Part shown: piece after piece, positions 60,689-64,000 of the stretch
How positions within the stretch are numbered: the first letter of the stretch is position 1
Layout: each line of letters begins with the position of its first letter
Assembly (NCBI GenBank): GCA_030704615.1
Contig: CM060734.1
Location: forward strand, 52,948,001 to 53,012,000
Length of the DNA stretch: 64,000 bases
Source of the DNA: Takakia lepidozioides
Taxonomy: Eukaryota > Plantae > Bryophyta
Reading direction: 5' to 3'
Position numbers and translations under genes: made by a program
The notes under the pieces: model-generated
The model's database searches: none
Told to the model about the DNA's origin: nothing
What the model saw: only the letters and a program-made list of their open reading frames with translations

Positions 60689-63600
60689 TTAAGTGTCAGG
60701 GTCCTCACTGACCACCTTCACTGGCTGATCACACACTGGTGGTAAGAAGGGTTTCAAGTCCCTCCTACTTCTTGTCCATTCCTTGTTTGCCCCATCTCTT
60801 AGCCTGCATCTGCGTGCAGCTTCCCCTGTCCTTGTGGTGTTTCCTGCATCTTTGTACCCCAAAAAGTCATAAGGTCCCTCCCATGGAGATGTCATGGAAG
60901 ATCTCTTTCCAGGCCTCAACATCATAACCTTGCTGTTTTCCATCAACTTGCAGTAGGTATGCCCAGTTTGATGCCTCCTTTCATAATCCCTTGCCTGCTG
61001 CCGCTGCCCTTTCTTCACACTTTTTCGCAGCTTTGCCTTCATCTCTGTGAGAAGCTGGATTTTTCTGCTGCATCATAAGTGTGACCTCTGCTACAGATCC
61101 ATCAGAATTTACTGGTGTTGTAAGAAAATGCAACCTGTTGTCAATTCCCAGCCTTGGAATTCTACCAGTAAGTACCTGAAAAGGTGAGAATCCAGTGGAA
61201 GCATGGACACCCATTCTGTAACCAAACAGGGCCTTATAGAGATTCTGATCCCATTCAGTGTCGTTTCCAACTCCTAGGGTGGTGATGCTCTGTTTGAGAG
61301 ACTTAATGACCCTTTCCACCATACCGTTACACTGAGGCCAGTAGGGGGCGCTATGCTCCCTCTTTATACGTATTCGTGGCATGTATTTTCAAACTCACCT
61401 CCCCACTCTGTGCCATTGTCAGTGAGCAACGTATGTGGGCAGCTATACCTGTCAATTACTTCTTCCTCAAGAAAGCGGGCAGCAAGGGCTGCTGTATGAT
61501 CTGCCACTGTGCAGCTTCTATCTATCCATTTTGAGAAGTGATCGATTGCCACCAGAAAGTACTGATTGCCCCTGCTGGTTATAGGTAATGGTCCTGCCGT
61601 GTCAATTGCAACTCTGAAAAACAGATCTACTACTGGAATGCTGTGAAGTTTTGAGCTACCTGAGCGCAACACTCCGTTCTGTTTGGCCATCTGACATTTA
61701 CCACAGCCCTTGAGAACTTTCCTGATGAGTTTTGTTCTATCATGCCAGAAATAACGTCGGCATATCTCCTCTTGAGTTCTTCTGACTCCAAAGTGGCCAG
61801 TGGCTTCATGTACTTCAGTGATTATTGCCCCTCTGTCAGTTCTTGGTGGAACTACCCTTCCATCAAAGTAGACCTCACCTTTGAGATAGGAGTACTGCCT
61901 TGCCCGCCTCTTGGCTCTCGTGCTCTCCTCTTTTGTCAGGTAGTCATTGACTTCTCCAAACATAAGAGGTGCATGACTTCCACATCATCAAGCACATCAG
62001 GTTGCCTTTCCTCCTTAACAGCTGCTGTATGCTGGTCAGAGCTGATGAGAGAGCTTTTCCCCCATCTTTCAGCCTCACGTAATAATGACATCTGAGTAGC
62101 TTTGGTGGGTGCGGTCCATGGTACCCAGTCCCCTTCATCAATCTTGTTGCAAGAAGAAGTGTCTGGTTCTGAACCACTTGTTCCATTACTGTCTGAAGAA
62201 CAAAACGTCTTAGTGGAACACTCACCCCCCATGTTTTCCTTGGCTGGGCATTCTGATGAGGAAGTCACCCGCGTTCTTCTTGTAGTTGGAGTGCTTGTCA
62301 AGTCTTGAAGGAATGGTGTCTCTGCAAGCTTCCCTTTTCATTGTTCGATCTCTCTTTCCACAAGTTCACAGGCTGGATGTACCTCGCTCAGCTCCTTATC
62401 ACGAGCACGAGATCCTCGGGTAATCACATGGATGGTGGGACAAGAGGGCATCAGATGCTCCCTTCCTTGTTGCTGATTGCAGTAGCCTCTTTCCTTCCTG
62501 CACCCTTATCCTTCCAAATACCCTCCCTTACCAGATTGACAGAGCTTGATTGATCAATACCCTTTCCTTGTTTTTTTGTAGCAAAAGTCTGTGCAGCAAA
62601 AGTCACCCCTCTTTCCTTCTCCATCTGGCATTATGCCTGGTTTCAGTTCTCCCTTCAATATGCCATGATCCTTGGTCAACATTCTACCTGTGGAAGGTCT
62701 TACTATGCCCGGAACGAACTCAAATGAAAAGTCACCAAGTAAGTCTATGCCTATGTGGTGCTCTGAGTACAGCCACCAATATGGATCTAGATCTGTTTCC
62801 AAAGAAAATGACTTCCCAACAGTATTTTCTTGAAGTGCCAAAGGCCCCATACACATGCATAGTACTCTTCTCTTTTGCAAATCATCTCCCCTTTTTCACT
62901 GCTATACCCTACTTGCCTATGAGCTTCTTCTCTCAACTCCTCCTTACCCTCCTTAAATTGAAATAACGAAGCATTGATGGCACCCCTATCCCAAGCTAGC
63001 TTAAGAAGATAGGCTCCATCCCTCTTTCTCCCTTCTCTTTTCTGACTGTACAGAGAAGTAGAGTATACCTCGATTTCCTCGGTTTCCTCAGCTGGTCCCA
63101 CTGGATACCTGCTTAGTGCATCTACGTTAGCATGCCTAGCACCTGCTCTGTGAACAATTTTAAACTCAAAATCTTGTAACATCATGATCCATCTACCCCT
63201 GCGTCCATATGCGTCACTTACCGTTGCCAACCACTCCAGTGGTTTGTGATCAGTCCTGATTACAAAAGGGGTTCCATACAGGTACTGCCGAAAGTGTAAT
63301 ACTCCCCACACCAGGGCATAGCATTCACCTTCCATAGGGTGATATTTGCGCTGAGCATCAGATAGTACCTTACTGGCGTATGCAATGACCCTCTCCTTTT
63401 TATACTCCTTTTGTGACAAGACTGCCCCTACTCCTTTGATGGACCAATCAACATCCAAGACGAACGGTCTTGAGAAATCTGGTCTTGCCAGGATGGGAGC
63501 AGTTACCAACTTCACCTGTAAGGCAGAAAAGGCGTTTTGTGCCTCTGCACTCCAGATAAACTTCACATCCTTTTTGGTTAGAGTGAACAACGGTACTGCC

Positions 63601-64000
63601 ACTCCAGCATATCCTTTGACATAGGGCCTATAGTACCCTGTCATGCCTAAGTAGCTTTTGAGAGCAGTGTGGTTTTTTGGCAAGGGAAACCTTTCAATAG
63701 CAGCTATCTTATCTGGATCAGGCCACGTTCCCTCTTCAGAGATCACATGTCCAAGGAATACCAACTGTAAGTTGGCAAAGTAACACTTGTCCGGATTGAG
63801 CCTAAGATTGGCCTTTCTAACCTTGCTCAATACTCTCTTTATATGTCCCACGTGATCTCCCCAGTCCTTGCTATGGATATTGACGTCATCTACAAAAACT
63901 TTAGCGCAATCTTTGATTTCTTCCTTGAGAACCCTATTCATCGTTCTCTGAAAGGTAGCAGTGGCATTTTTTAGCCCGAATGGCATGACTAGCCATTCAT
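60689..64000 (-). mobile_element. Ty3/gypsy pol region (RT, RH, degenerate second RH, linker, integrase), frameshifted, continuing off the window
   Basis: MPFGLKNATATFQR, VFVDDV, FVLDVDWS, TDHKPL; integrase HEATGHFG...CGKCQ, AIDTAGP, TDNGTEW, NGMVER, WEGPY. Confidence 0.93.

Overview
TE-rich region of a land-plant nuclear genome, probably a non-seed plant (PLS-class PPR relics, a CRE-type LINE, GT-AG introns). Host genes are the 5' exons of RRP5 (96-1778, minus), a secreted Gly/Pro-rich repeat gene (56101-57173), and PPR and OSB-like pseudogene pieces. Other TEs include a CRE-like non-LTR element, a deleted Athila-like element, a solo LTR, a young full-length Ty3/gypsy element (45451-54486) and a gypsy with a duplicated RNase H (60689-64000). 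The main feature is a large Mutator-like DNA transposon family with 21-bp imperfect TIRs and 8-bp TSDs. It occurs as one end-to-end copy (25507-37384), one copy split by an apparent inversion (20013-24827 plus 38537-~54700, sharing an inverted TSD) and a fragment (5428-6356). Besides a GCM-like/MULE/SWIM transposase, it carries a divergently oriented, spliced gene with a ParB/Srx-like domain (DGNHRL) and a beta-class N4/N6 DNA-methyltransferase-like domain (ILLDIPDG...ILDLTCGTG). The element also holds roughly 60 copies of a quasi-palindrome, GGAAATTCGGCGCCRTTTT(T)CC, in several unrelated arrays, with spacings that mostly fall on multiples of about 10.6 bp. This suggests a transposon-encoded ParB/MTase protein with phased cognate sites, possibly a self-marking or anti-silencing system. 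That function is inferred; all copies in this window are mutated.
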